This document shows, piece by piece, positions 40,584 through 50,023 of a stretch of DNA of 64,000 nt. Every line of letters starts with the position of its first letter. Positions within the stretch are counted from its first letter, which is position 1. The notes below the pieces were generated by a model. That model worked only from the letters and a program-made list of their open reading frames with translations. It did no database searches and was not told the DNA's origin. Source of the DNA: Gammaproteobacteria bacterium (GTDB lineage: Bacteria; Pseudomonadota; Gammaproteobacteria; Magnimaribacterales; AG-339-G14). A program made the translations under genes and the position numbers. Location of the stretch: contig QOPF01000003.1 in assembly GCA_003331625.1 (NCBI GenBank), positions 12,355 through 76,354 of the forward strand. Direction: 5' to 3'.

Positions 40584-42332
40584 ATGAACTTTCTAAAAAA
40601 ATTATTTAATTTTGTAGACTTCACAAGAAGGTTTGCGATAAATATTTTATTTTTATTATTAGTTTTATTTGTCCTTATAAGTTTCTTTTCTTTTGATACA
40701 AAAATTGATTCATATAGTTCCGTAGTAACATTATCACCAAAAAAAGTAAGCGAGACTACGAATACAAGCTATCCTTTTTTCGAAGATGATATTTATCCTT
40801 TAAATTTATTTGAAATAATTTCAGCAATAAATACTGCTAGCAAAGCAGACAATGTAAAGGTTCTGTTCATGGATTTATCTTATTTAAATGTTTCGTATAC
40901 GGGGATAATTGAGATAGGTGAAGCGCTTAATAAATTTAAATTGGCTGGTAAAAAAGTAGTATCTTATGCAGATTTTTACGATCAAAAAAATTACCTTCTA
41001 GCTTCATATGCAAATGAGATTATTCTTAATAAAAATGGAATGGTTTTATTAGAAGGATTCTCATCTGAAAAGTTTTTTATAAAACAACTATTAGAAAAAC
41101 TAAAAATTAATGTAAATACTTACATTTCAGGTAGTTACAAATCAGCTCTAGACGCTTTTACTAGAGATGGTTTTTCAGAAGCAGATGCTAATCAAACTTC
41201 ATTTTTTATTTCACAAATATGGTCTGAATGGAAAACAATAATTTCAAAAAATAGAAAAGATAATTTATCTATTGAGATTGATGATTACATAAATAATTTA
41301 GGAAGATTCACTAAAGAGTTTCTTGGGGATACTGCTAATCTAGCTGTATCAAAGGGTTTGGTGGATAAAATTTTATACAGGCCTGATTTAAATAATTTTT
41401 TATCTTCGATGGTGGATGAAGATAAAATTTCTTTAAAAGATAATCTTTATTCGTATTCAAAACCTTCAGTATCAGAAAATAAATTTGGGGTGCTGGTAGC
41501 TTCTGGAGACATAATAGATGGTGAGTATGTAGAAGGTTCGATATCAAGTGAAAATTTCTCAAGAGTTCTTGAAAAAATAGAGAAAAATAATTCTATAAAA
41601 GGTCTTTTTCTAAGAATAGTATCTCCAGGAGGAAGTGGCTTTGCATCTGAAAGAATCAGACAGAGATTAAAAATATTATCAGAAAAAATTCCGGTAGTGA
41701 TATCTATGGGTGATATAGCCGCCTCAGGAGGTTATTGGATTTCAATGAATGACAATGAAATTTTAGCCAGCCCTTTTACTTTGACAGGATCAATTGGTGT
41801 TTGGGCTGCAATTCCAAATTTTAAAAAATCTTTTGAAGGTATAGGTGTTTTAGTAGATAAAATTTCAACTAATGATCTAAGTCTGTCTTTGACAACTCCT
41901 CCTAATAAAAATTTTTCTGATTTTATGCAGAGTTATGTAGAAGGTTCATACAATAGATTTATTTCACTTGTTTCTACAACTAGAAATCTTGGAATTGATG
42001 AAGTGAATAATGTAGCCCAGGGAAGAATATGGCCTGGTCAGGCAGCAGTTGATAACAAACTTGTAGATTCTCTGGGAATTTTTCAAGATGGTATGAAACT
42101 TCTGGAAGACAAAACTGGAATAAGTTCCTATGAGATTGAATATATAAATCCGTCTCCTGGATTATTTAACAATATATCTTCAAGATTATCTTCATTTGTT
42201 CAAATAAATTTTGATTTTTTACAATTTCTCCCTTTTTCTAAAATAGAATCTATAGGCAGCAAAAGAACAATTGATACTAATTTGATTTGCCTGCTTTGTT
42301 TAAACTCGCCGTATAAAGAATTTATTAAATAA
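40584..42332 (+). CDS. sppA: Signal peptide peptidase SppA (long form)
   Basis: N-terminal TM, YLLAS.A, YKSA, SPGGS, SMG..AASGGYW, TGSIGV and QGR.W.G motifs. Confidence 0.92.
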   Translation: MNFLKKLFNFVDFTRRFAINILFLLLVLFVLISFFSFDTKIDSYSSVVTLSPKKVSETTNTSYPFFEDDIYPLNLFEIISAINTASKADNVKVLFMDLSYLNVSYTGIIEIGEALNKFKLAGKKVVSYADFYDQKNYLLASYANEIILNKNGMVLLEGFSSEKFFIKQLLEKLKINVNTYISGSYKSALDAFTRDGFSEADANQTSFFISQIWSEWKTIISKNRKDNLSIEIDDYINNLGRFTKEFLGDTANLAVSKGLVDKILYRPDLNNFLSSMVDEDKISLKDNLYSYSKPSVSENKFGVLVASGDIIDGEYVEGSISSENFSRVLEKIEKNNSIKGLFLRIVSPGGSGFASERIRQRLKILSEKIPVVISMGDIAASGGYWISMNDNEILASPFTLTGSIGVWAAIPNFKKSFEGIGVLVDKISTNDLSLSLTTPPNKNFSDFMQSYVEGSYNRFISLVSTTRNLGIDEVNNVAQGRIWPGQAAVDNKLVDSLGIFQDGMKLLEDKTGISSYEIEYINPSPGLFNNISSRLSSFVQINFDFLQFLPFSKIESIGSKRTIDTNLICLLCLNSPYKEFIK

Positions 42333-42984
42333 TTTCCTTAATTAGATTTGTAGTTATAGATTTCTTTTGTTCTAAAGAGACTTTATCTAATTGATTAGCA
42401 AGCTTTAGCAGGCTATCTAGATCTCTAGAGTGGTAATTAAAAATATAGTTAAGTTCTCTTTTGCCTATTTTCAATCCTCTTTGATTGAGTTCAAAGGTTA
42501 TTAGTGCAATTTTTTCTTCTTCTGAAGGGTCTTTAATTTCAGTTGGAGCGATTGTATTAAGCCTTGATTCTAAATCTGGAAGAGTAATATTTAAATTTTT
42601 AACAAAATCACTACAAGAAAAAATGATTTTAATTTTATTATTTAAACAAAAGTTAAAGACATTAAATAAGAAAACCTCAGTTTTAGCGTTAAGATTCTCC
42701 TTTGTAATATTATCTATAAAAATAAAAGAAGAATTAAATTCCATATTGAAATTTTTAAAATCATTTAAATGAATTAATAGTGAAGATGATGAGAATGAAT
42801 TATATGAGGCCTGAATTAAATAATTTCTAATTAAATCTTCACTGACTTTAAATAAAAAAAATTTATCTTTATGAGAAAGAAATGTCTCTATTTCAGAAAT
42901 AAAATTTGTAAACAGACCAAATTTTTTCAATTCCTCAAAAGATCTTTCCTGGGGAAGATTAATATTTAATATTTTTTGATTCAT
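42325..42984 (-). CDS. hda: DnaA regulatory inactivator Hda (divergent)
   Basis: LF..FN, PDL.SRL and RG...RD..SL motifs; conserved DUF2066/purM neighbourhood. Confidence 0.7.
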   Translation of the reverse strand: MNQKILNINLPQERSFEELKKFGLFTNFISEIETFLSHKDKFFLFKVSEDLIRNYLIQASYNSFSSSSLLIHLNDFKNFNMEFNSSFIFIDNITKENLNAKTEVFLFNVFNFCLNNKIKIIFSCSDFVKNLNITLPDLESRLNTIAPTEIKDPSEEEKIALITFELNQRGLKIGKRELNYIFNYHSRDLDSLLKLANQLDKVSLEQKKSITTNLIKEII

Positions 42985-43535
42985 TAAAAAAAGATTTGAG
43001 AAATAACTTTTCTACCTGGATTATTCAAATATTGAAGTGAGCTATAGACTGATGTAATGAGCAGAAAAATCAATAAAAAATTAAGAAAAATCTCAGGCAC
43101 AAGTTTAAAAGATACGTTTAATATTATAAATCCTAAATAAGCTATGAGTACAAAGGTATTAATTTTTCCTGAGACATATGGTTTTATCTCGTATTCATCT
43201 AAAAGCAATGAAGACAATATTACCCCAACCACAATAAATAAATCTCTGCTAAGCAAAAACATTGTTACGTAAATATTTATTTCTCCCACTAAAGATAATG
43301 AAAACAAAGTTGCTATAACTAAAGCTTTATCTGAAATAGGGTCAAAGATTTTTCCAAAACGACTCTCCCAGGAATATTTTCTTGCTAAAAAGCCATCCAA
43401 AAAATCAGAAATTCCAGCTAAAAAAAAGAAGAAAAGAGAAGCATGATAATTTTGCTCTAAAATACTTATTACTATTGGATAAACTAAAAAAAAACGAAAT
43501 ACAGTAAGAAAATTTGGAATGGCTGACATTATCAT
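42984..43535 (-). CDS. CDP-alcohol phosphatidyltransferase (PgsA-like)
   Basis: IPN.LT..R and SD.LDG.LAR....S..G..FDP..DK signature. Confidence 0.92.
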   Translation of the reverse strand: MIMSAIPNFLTVFRFFLVYPIVISILEQNYHASLFFFFLAGISDFLDGFLARKYSWESRFGKIFDPISDKALVIATLFSLSLVGEINIYVTMFLLSRDLFIVVGVILSSLLLDEYEIKPYVSGKINTFVLIAYLGFIILNVSFKLVPEIFLNFLLIFLLITSVYSSLQYLNNPGRKVISQIFF

Positions 43536-44539
43536 TTAGAAGCTTTTAAATAAATTGTATCTCTTTCCATGCTTACTAAGTCTATATTTTCTGTATTTTC
43601 TATAAAATTAAATAGATTCTTTTCACTTGAAAGAAGAAAAAAGCTATAGCTAGCGGTATTGTCCTCCAAAGAAATTAAATTAAAGTCTTTTATAAATAAA
43701 ACATTTTCAAAAATTTCTTTAAAAGCTAAATGGTTTGAATAATCTAATAAACCAGTGACTTTTACTTCATAAGGAATATTAATTTTTTCCTCTAGATTTA
43801 GTCTTTCATTGCTTAAGAGATTGTCTATTAAAACATTTAAGCCAATTGCTGGTTTATATTTTGAATTTATATCAAGAGTTGATAAATTTTTATTAAAATC
43901 TAAAGGGAGGTAACACCAATCAGATGTTCTAGAAATCTCACAAAAAAACCAACTATCTGTTGGATAACGATCATTAAAAAAAGTCAGCTCGTTTAAATTT
44001 ATATCGCTTTCTAAACTAAACAAGCTAATATCTTTTGCATCTAGAATAGGATAAATGATAGATACTCCCCTTTCATTAGTAATTTCTTTAAATTCTTTCT
44101 TAACAGATTTACACTTTTGTTCCAAAGCTTTAGCAGCTTCTATTGATGAAAAATCAGACTTGCATAAAACCCATGCTGAAATTTTTGGATCTCTCTTAAA
44201 TGAAATCCCTAGATTCAGGTCAAGAAGTTTTTTTTGTAAGCTTCTCAAATTAATTATTACTTCAATAGCTTCTTCACCTTCAAAATCTATAAATTGATAT
44301 TCTTTTATATATTTTTCAGTTTCGAGCTCTCTAATTTTTTTTTCATTCAAATTAAACTCTCTTTTGCTACCAAGAACTTTTAAGATAGTTTGGTTGAGTG
44401 CTTTTTTAAGCAAGGAAGGTACATCCTCTCCTGAACTTTTTACAATGGATTGATATTCTGCTGAATAAGAATTACTTAATGAGCTCATGCTAAATATAAG
44501 CGCATAAATAAAAATCAATAGTTTAATAATTTTTGTCAT
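43532..44539 (-). CDS. DUF2066-like exported protein
   Basis: Signal peptide, AL...I.KV.G, RG....P.LD motifs; divergent from purM as in other gammaproteobacteria. Confidence 0.6.
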   Translation of the reverse strand: MTKIIKLLIFIYALIFSMSSLSNSYSAEYQSIVKSSGEDVPSLLKKALNQTILKVLGSKREFNLNEKKIRELETEKYIKEYQFIDFEGEEAIEVIINLRSLQKKLLDLNLGISFKRDPKISAWVLCKSDFSSIEAAKALEQKCKSVKKEFKEITNERGVSIIYPILDAKDISLFSLESDINLNELTFFNDRYPTDSWFFCEISRTSDWCYLPLDFNKNLSTLDINSKYKPAIGLNVLIDNLLSNERLNLEEKINIPYEVKVTGLLDYSNHLAFKEIFENVLFIKDFNLISLEDNTASYSFFLLSSEKNLFNFIENTENIDLVSMERDTIYLKASK

Positions 44540-44589
44540 GAAAAATGATTATAATATGATTGTTTAAAAGAATTTAAATTCAAAATCTA

Positions 44590-45636
44590 TTGTCAAAATT
44601 AAATAAAACTTCTTATGCCTCTTCTGGTGTTAGCATAAAGAGAGGAGATGATTTGGTTAGTCTAATTAAGCCTCTAGCCAAAACTACTTATAGAAAAGAA
44701 ATTCTGGGTTCAATTGGAGGATTTGCTGCTGCATCTTTGGTACCGAAAAAATATAAAAATCCGGTTTTAATAAGTTGTACAGATGGGGTTGGTACTAAAA
44801 TAGAAATTGCTCGAAAACTTAAAAAGTATGACACCATTGGTATTGACCTTGTTGCTATGTGCGTCAATGACTTAGTTACACTTCAGGCTGAGCCTTTATT
44901 TTTTTTAGATTATCTCGTAACCGATAAGATAAATTTAAAAAAATCTAAAGAAATCTTTAAGGGAATTGCTAAGGGATGTAAAAAATCAAGTTGTGCCCTA
45001 ATAGGAGGAGAGACAGCTGAACATCCAAACGCTTTTCCAAAAGATAACTTTGATTTAGCTGGATTTTGTGTAGGTGTGTTAGAAAAAGATTCTAAAATGC
45101 TTAAAAATATGTCAAAAAAAAATGATGTATTAATTGGGCTAAAATCAAATGGTCTTCATTCAAATGGCTTTTCTTTGATTAGAAAACTAATAGATAAAAA
45201 GAAAATTAGTCTAGATGAAAAAATAAAAAAAAGTTCATTAGGTAGGGTTATTCTCAAACCAACAAAAATATATGTAAAAGAAATTCTGTCTTTAAAAGAA
45301 GTGGTAAGCATAAATGCTCTTAGCCATATAACTGGTGGAGGTTTTATTGGAAATTTAGAAAGAATTATCCCTGATAATCTTTCAGCTAGTGTTTCATTAA
45401 TGTCTAAATATCATTTTCATAAAGAGCTATTTACCTTAATAGAAGAAAGGTCAAATTTAACTCATGAAGAAATGTTATCTACTTTTAATTGTGGGATAGG
45501 AATGATTCTTTCTGTTCCTAAAGATGAATTAGACAAAACTTCAAAAAAACTTAAAACATTAAATATGCCTCATTTAATTCTTGGAAAAGTTCAATCTAAG
45601 GGTTCCAACAAAAAAATTAATTTTTTAAATGGCTAA
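44590..45636 (+). CDS. purM: Phosphoribosylformylglycinamidine cyclo-ligase
   Basis: DGVGTK, GIDLVAMCVND, GGETAE, HSNGFSL and HITGGG motifs. Confidence 0.97.
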   Translation: MSKLNKTSYASSGVSIKRGDDLVSLIKPLAKTTYRKEILGSIGGFAAASLVPKKYKNPVLISCTDGVGTKIEIARKLKKYDTIGIDLVAMCVNDLVTLQAEPLFFLDYLVTDKINLKKSKEIFKGIAKGCKKSSCALIGGETAEHPNAFPKDNFDLAGFCVGVLEKDSKMLKNMSKKNDVLIGLKSNGLHSNGFSLIRKLIDKKKISLDEKIKKSSLGRVILKPTKIYVKEILSLKEVVSINALSHITGGGFIGNLERIIPDNLSASVSLMSKYHFHKELFTLIEERSNLTHEEMLSTFNCGIGMILSVPKDELDKTSKKLKTLNMPHLILGKVQSKGSNKKINFLNG

Positions 45637-46273
45637 TAAAATTTCTTTAGCTGTTTTAATATCTGGAAACGGATCTAACCTACAAGCAATCATTGATAAT
45701 ATAAAAAATCAAAAGCTTAAGGCAGATATAAAAATAGTTATATCTAATAATATAGACGCTCCAGGATTAGAAAAAGCAAAAGCTAGTAATATAAAAACTA
45801 CTTGTATTAATCATAAGAATTTTAAAAGTAGAGAGTTGTTCGATGATGAGATAATTAAGGAGATAGAAGATCAGGATGTTGATTTAATAGTCTTAGCAGG
45901 ATTTATGAGGGTCTTAAGCTCAAAATTTGTGAATAAATACAAAAGAAAGATAATTAATATTCACCCTTCATTACTTCCAAAATATCCTGGCTTAAATACA
46001 CATGAAAAAGTCATTGAAAATAATGATATAGAACATGGAGTAACAGTTCATTTAGTTGAAGAAGGTTTGGATAGTGGACCCATTATTGGCTTTGCTAAAC
46101 TAAAAATACATGAAAATGAAGACGAAGAAAGTTTAAAAAAACGCATTCATAAGTTAGAACATTTTATTTATCCTAAAATTATTTCTGAAATCCAAGAAAA
46201 AAAAATAAAAATTGAAAATAAAATTTATCACGAAGGTAATATATATAAGCATGGTAAAGAGTTTTTTATTTAA
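45629..46273 (+). CDS. purN: Phosphoribosylglycinamide formyltransferase
   Basis: SGNGSNLQA, LAGFMR, NIHPSLLP and HGVTVH...LDSGP motifs. Confidence 0.97.
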   Translation: MANKISLAVLISGNGSNLQAIIDNIKNQKLKADIKIVISNNIDAPGLEKAKASNIKTTCINHKNFKSRELFDDEIIKEIEDQDVDLIVLAGFMRVLSSKFVNKYKRKIINIHPSLLPKYPGLNTHEKVIENNDIEHGVTVHLVEEGLDSGPIIGFAKLKIHENEDEESLKKRIHKLEHFIYPKIISEIQEKKIKIENKIYHEGNIYKHGKEFFI

Positions 46274-46913
46274 ATCGTTTCTCTTAATTTTTTCTCATCA
46301 AATATTGTTATTTGAATTGGAACCCTATGAGAATACTTATACAGAAAATTTAGGAACTGGAAAAGTAGTAGAAAAATTAGAAGAAATTTCCGATGGTATT
46401 TGGAAAATTTCATCTAAAGCAAAGCATCCTTTATTCGCCATGAATCAAGAATCTTTTTTTAAAATTGATAATAAAAAAGTAATTTTAATTTCGGGTTTTA
46501 GAAATTTAGATATTTTAGGTGGGCTTCGAAAAGATTATCAAGCATATAAAATATACAGCATAGATAATAAAAAGATGATGGATTATTCCTATGGTAAAAA
46601 AAAGGGATCGTCAGAAATACCATTTAATGTATTTGATAATTTAACTCTTCAGATACAAATAAAGTTAAATATTCCAAATGAAGAAAAATTTAAAATTAAT
46701 TACATTGACAAAGGTTCTGTAAAAGAAAAAATCTTTTCAAGAGAGACTAAAAATATTTTATTCAAGTCTATTGAAAGAGAAATTTTTGAGATAACTGAAT
46801 TAAGAAAAGATAAAATATATTTTAAATTCTGGGTACAGAAGAATTTAAACCAAAAAACTATAAAAGTTTTTCAAGGAGGCAGAGGCTTTAATATCGAGTG
46901 GCTTTTAAATTAA
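46251..46913 (+). CDS. Hypothetical exported protein (possibly DUF3108-like)
   Basis: Signal-like N-terminus, D.LTLQ motif; follows purN as DUF3108 genes often do. Confidence 0.5.
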   Translation: MVKSFLFKSFLLIFSHQILLFELEPYENTYTENLGTGKVVEKLEEISDGIWKISSKAKHPLFAMNQESFFKIDNKKVILISGFRNLDILGGLRKDYQAYKIYSIDNKKMMDYSYGKKKGSSEIPFNVFDNLTLQIQIKLNIPNEEKFKINYIDKGSVKEKIFSRETKNILFKSIEREIFEITELRKDKIYFKFWVQKNLNQKTIKVFQGGRGFNIEWLLN

Positions 46914-47482
46914 GCTTTGGGAAGAGTTACCCCTTTTTGACCTTGATACTTGCCATTTCTATCTTTATAGCTTGTTTCACAAGCCTGATCAGATTGAAAA
47001 AATAACATTTGGGCTACCCCTTCATTAGCATATATCTTTGCAGGTAAGCTAGTTGTGTTTGAGAACTCAAGTGTTACGTGACCTTCCCACTCGGGTTCTA
47101 GAGGAGTAACATTTACTATGATTCCACATCTTGCGTAAGTAGATTTCCCCAAACAAATTGTAAGAACATCTCGTGGAATTTTAAAATATTCTATTGTTCT
47201 CGCTAAAGCAAAAGAATTAGGAGGAATGATACATTCATCTTTCTTTATATCTATAAAACTAGAGTTATCGAAGAATTTAGGGTCAACCGTAGCCGAATGA
47301 ATATTAGTAAAAACTTTAAATTCATCGGCACATCTAACGTCATATCCATAACTAGAGAGGCCATAAGATATTAGTTTATGATCTGAACCTTTTTTTTCTT
47401 TGATTTGATTTGATTCAAAAGGAGTAATCATGCCTTTTTTTTGAGACATTTCTTTTATCCAACTATCTGATTTAATTGTCAT
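46910..47482 (-). CDS. dcd: dCTP deaminase
   Basis: [27 protein letters not shown] and KYQGQ motifs. Confidence 0.97.
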   Translation of the reverse strand: MTIKSDSWIKEMSQKKGMITPFESNQIKEKKGSDHKLISYGLSSYGYDVRCADEFKVFTNIHSATVDPKFFDNSSFIDIKKDECIIPPNSFALARTIEYFKIPRDVLTICLGKSTYARCGIIVNVTPLEPEWEGHVTLEFSNTTSLPAKIYANEGVAQMLFFQSDQACETSYKDRNGKYQGQKGVTLPKA

Positions 47483-47491
47483 TGTTTACTT

Positions 47492-48091
47492 TTATTTTAA
47501 TTCTGTTCTAAAAGATAAAGCTTTTCTTAAAGTATTATTATCTACGTAATTAAGATCTCCTCCAGAAGGAACTCCTTGGGCAATTCTTGAAATTACAATA
47601 TTTTCTTTTTTTAACTTTTCTAAAAGAAAATAGGATGTTGCTTCGCCTTCTAAAGTAGAGTTTAGAGCAATAATAATTTCTTTTGAATCATATTCGCCTA
47701 TTAATTCTAATAAACTCCCTATATTTAATTCTTCTGCTCCAATATTATCTATTGGGGACAATAAGCCATTTAACACGAAATACTTTCCTTTAAACTCAGA
47801 AGTTTCTTCAATTGAATAAAGATCTGAAGTAGACTCTACAACACAAATAGAATCATTCCTCCTTTCAGGTGATCGACATATTTCACATATTTCTTGATCA
47901 TTTAAAACAAAACATTTTGAGCAGAATTTAATATTTAAAACTGCCTCTTCAATTGATTTAGACAAAGATAGTGCCGTATCTTTATTTGAACTTAAAAGTG
48001 ACAAAGCCATTCTTTTTGCTGATTTTGGGCCAATTCCTGGGAGAACTTTTAAAGCATCTATCAAAGCAGATATTTTCGAACTAAGTTTCAT
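47492..48091 (-). CDS. recR: Recombination mediator RecR
   Basis: LPGIGPKSA.R HhH, C4 zinc finger, Toprim CVVE, EGEAT. Confidence 0.96.
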   Translation of the reverse strand: MKLSSKISALIDALKVLPGIGPKSAKRMALSLLSSNKDTALSLSKSIEEAVLNIKFCSKCFVLNDQEICEICRSPERRNDSICVVESTSDLYSIEETSEFKGKYFVLNGLLSPIDNIGAEELNIGSLLELIGEYDSKEIIIALNSTLEGEATSYFLLEKLKKENIVISRIAQGVPSGGDLNYVDNNTLRKALSFRTELK

Positions 48092-49568
48092 TTTTTTTAT
48101 TAAACTTTACTTTTTCAATTTTTAAACCGCCGACTATCTCTTTATAACTGCTATCTTTTTCAATACTATTTTTTATATTTTTTTTTAACCCTTTATCTTT
48201 AATTTGATCTTCATTTTCTGGAGTTAAAGAAGAATCAACTTTAGTGTCGTAAGAGAATTTAAGTTCTTCCTTAAAGTAGTCATTAAAACAAATTTCTATA
48301 TCTTTTTTTTGATTGTCATTTAAGATCGAAAACATCTTTTCTGGTAGAGATATTAAAAGTTTTTTATTAGATTTTTGAACGCTGGCTTGCCTTAATATTT
48401 TTTTAGGCATCCCATTGATATTTAGTTCATTGAAAATTTTTGGCCAGGATAGATCTTCAGTTTGAGTAGACTCATTATCTGAGGGTTTAGAATTTTTTTT
48501 TTGGTGTTCTTTGCTGAATGCAACCATTTTTAATAAAGTCATTTTAATGATTGAGTATGAATCATACCCGGTAGAAAAATGATTTAAATTAGATAGGCCT
48601 ATTTGATAGAGAAACTGTAGTTTTGATGGATCAATACTTATAAAATTATCATTTATTTCATTATCTTTTTTGTTTTCAAATTGATTGACTGCGATGACTT
48701 GTATTAAATCCATTAAACCCTGAAGCAAGGATTCATGGTCTTCATATTCTCCGTAAGATTCCAATTGCTTCAAAAGCTCTTCTGGATCTTCATCTATAAT
48801 AGACGTCAATAGATTAGATAATATTTTTGGCTCAGGTATACCTAAAATATTTCGAACATCCTTTTCATTTAAATTTTTATTACAATAAGAAATTACTTTT
48901 TCTGATATCGATAAAGCATCTCTAATACTTCCTTTTGCAGCTTCAGCAATTAGCAATAGAGAACCTTCATCATGAGAAATTTTTTCCATTTTAAAGATCT
49001 TTTTTAAATGCTCTAAAATTGTATTGGTGCCTACAGAACTTAAATTTACTTGTAAGCATCTAGAAATAATAGTTGGGAGAATCTTTTTATATTCTGTGGT
49101 AGCAAACATGAAAATAACGTGCGCCGGCGGCTCTTCTAAGTTCTTTAAAAGAGCATTAAAACTTTCGGGAGTTAGCATGTGAACTTCATCTATTAGGTAA
49201 ATTTTATATTTTGAAGAAGCTGGTAAGTATGAAATGGTCTCTAAAAGATTTTTTGTATCTTCAATACCCCTTCTTGATGCTGCGTCAATTTCAATAAAAT
49301 CGATTGATGCGCCATTATTTATAGAATTACAAGAATCACATTCATTACAAGGCTCGCCATTCTCATTAATGTCCGAACAATTCAATGCTTTTGCTAGAAT
49401 TCTTGCAATGCTTGTTTTTCCAACTCCTCTTGTTCCTGTAAAAAGATATGCGTGATGAGAAGATTTCGAAGAGATTGAATTTCTGAGAGCTTCTACTGCA
49501 TGATCTTGACCAACTACTTCTGAAAAATTTTTAGGTCTCCATTTTCTCGCTAAAACTAAGTAACTCAT
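48081..49568 (-). CDS. dnaX: DNA polymerase III subunit gamma/tau
   Basis: LARKWRP, GTRGVGKT, IDAAS, DEVHML and SRC motifs. Confidence 0.96.
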   Translation of the reverse strand: MSYLVLARKWRPKNFSEVVGQDHAVEALRNSISSKSSHHAYLFTGTRGVGKTSIARILAKALNCSDINENGEPCNECDSCNSINNGASIDFIEIDAASRRGIEDTKNLLETISYLPASSKYKIYLIDEVHMLTPESFNALLKNLEEPPAHVIFMFATTEYKKILPTIISRCLQVNLSSVGTNTILEHLKKIFKMEKISHDEGSLLLIAEAAKGSIRDALSISEKVISYCNKNLNEKDVRNILGIPEPKILSNLLTSIIDEDPEELLKQLESYGEYEDHESLLQGLMDLIQVIAVNQFENKKDNEINDNFISIDPSKLQFLYQIGLSNLNHFSTGYDSYSIIKMTLLKMVAFSKEHQKKNSKPSDNESTQTEDLSWPKIFNELNINGMPKKILRQASVQKSNKKLLISLPEKMFSILNDNQKKDIEICFNDYFKEELKFSYDTKVDSSLTPENEDQIKDKGLKKNIKNSIEKDSSYKEIVGGLKIEKVKFNKKNET

Positions 49569-49570
49569 TT

Positions 49571-50023
49571 TTAAAGTAGTTTATTTATTTGATCAAAAGT
49601 AAAGCCCCTTTGCGAGAAAAATTTTTTTATCTTTAAAATATCTTTGCTAGATAAATCTTCGATAATGGAATATTTCTTAATCAACTCTTTTCTTAAAATC
49701 ATAATCCAATCTATTTCTTCAGAATATACTATTTTTTTAATTAAAGAATCTTCAATTCCTTTAGAGTTTAATTCATAAGATATTTTTTCTGGACCAAAGC
49801 CTTTTAAGGTCCTAGATCTTGTATAGGATTCTGAAAATCTTTCATCAGATTGTAAGTTTTCTTTTTTTAGCAAGTTTATTTCTTCAAGCAATCTTTCTTT
49901 TGAGTCTACCCTATCTTTCAATTTATGATAAAGCTCTTTAAAAGAGTGCTCTCTTCTTGATAATAAATCTAAAGCTTTAATACGAATATTTTTTTCTTCA
50001 ATAAAGGATTTTTTAAAGGTCAA
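49571..50023 (-). CDS. recX: Regulatory protein RecX
   Basis: ALDLLSRREHS..EL, QSDERF, G.GP.KI..EL..KG and RGF motifs. Confidence 0.9.
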   Translation of the reverse strand: MTFKKSFIEEKNIRIKALDLLSRREHSFKELYHKLKDRVDSKERLLEEINLLKKENLQSDERFSESYTRSRTLKGFGPEKISYELNSKGIEDSLIKKIVYSEEIDWIMILRKELIKKYSIIEDLSSKDILKIKKFFSQRGFTFDQINKLL

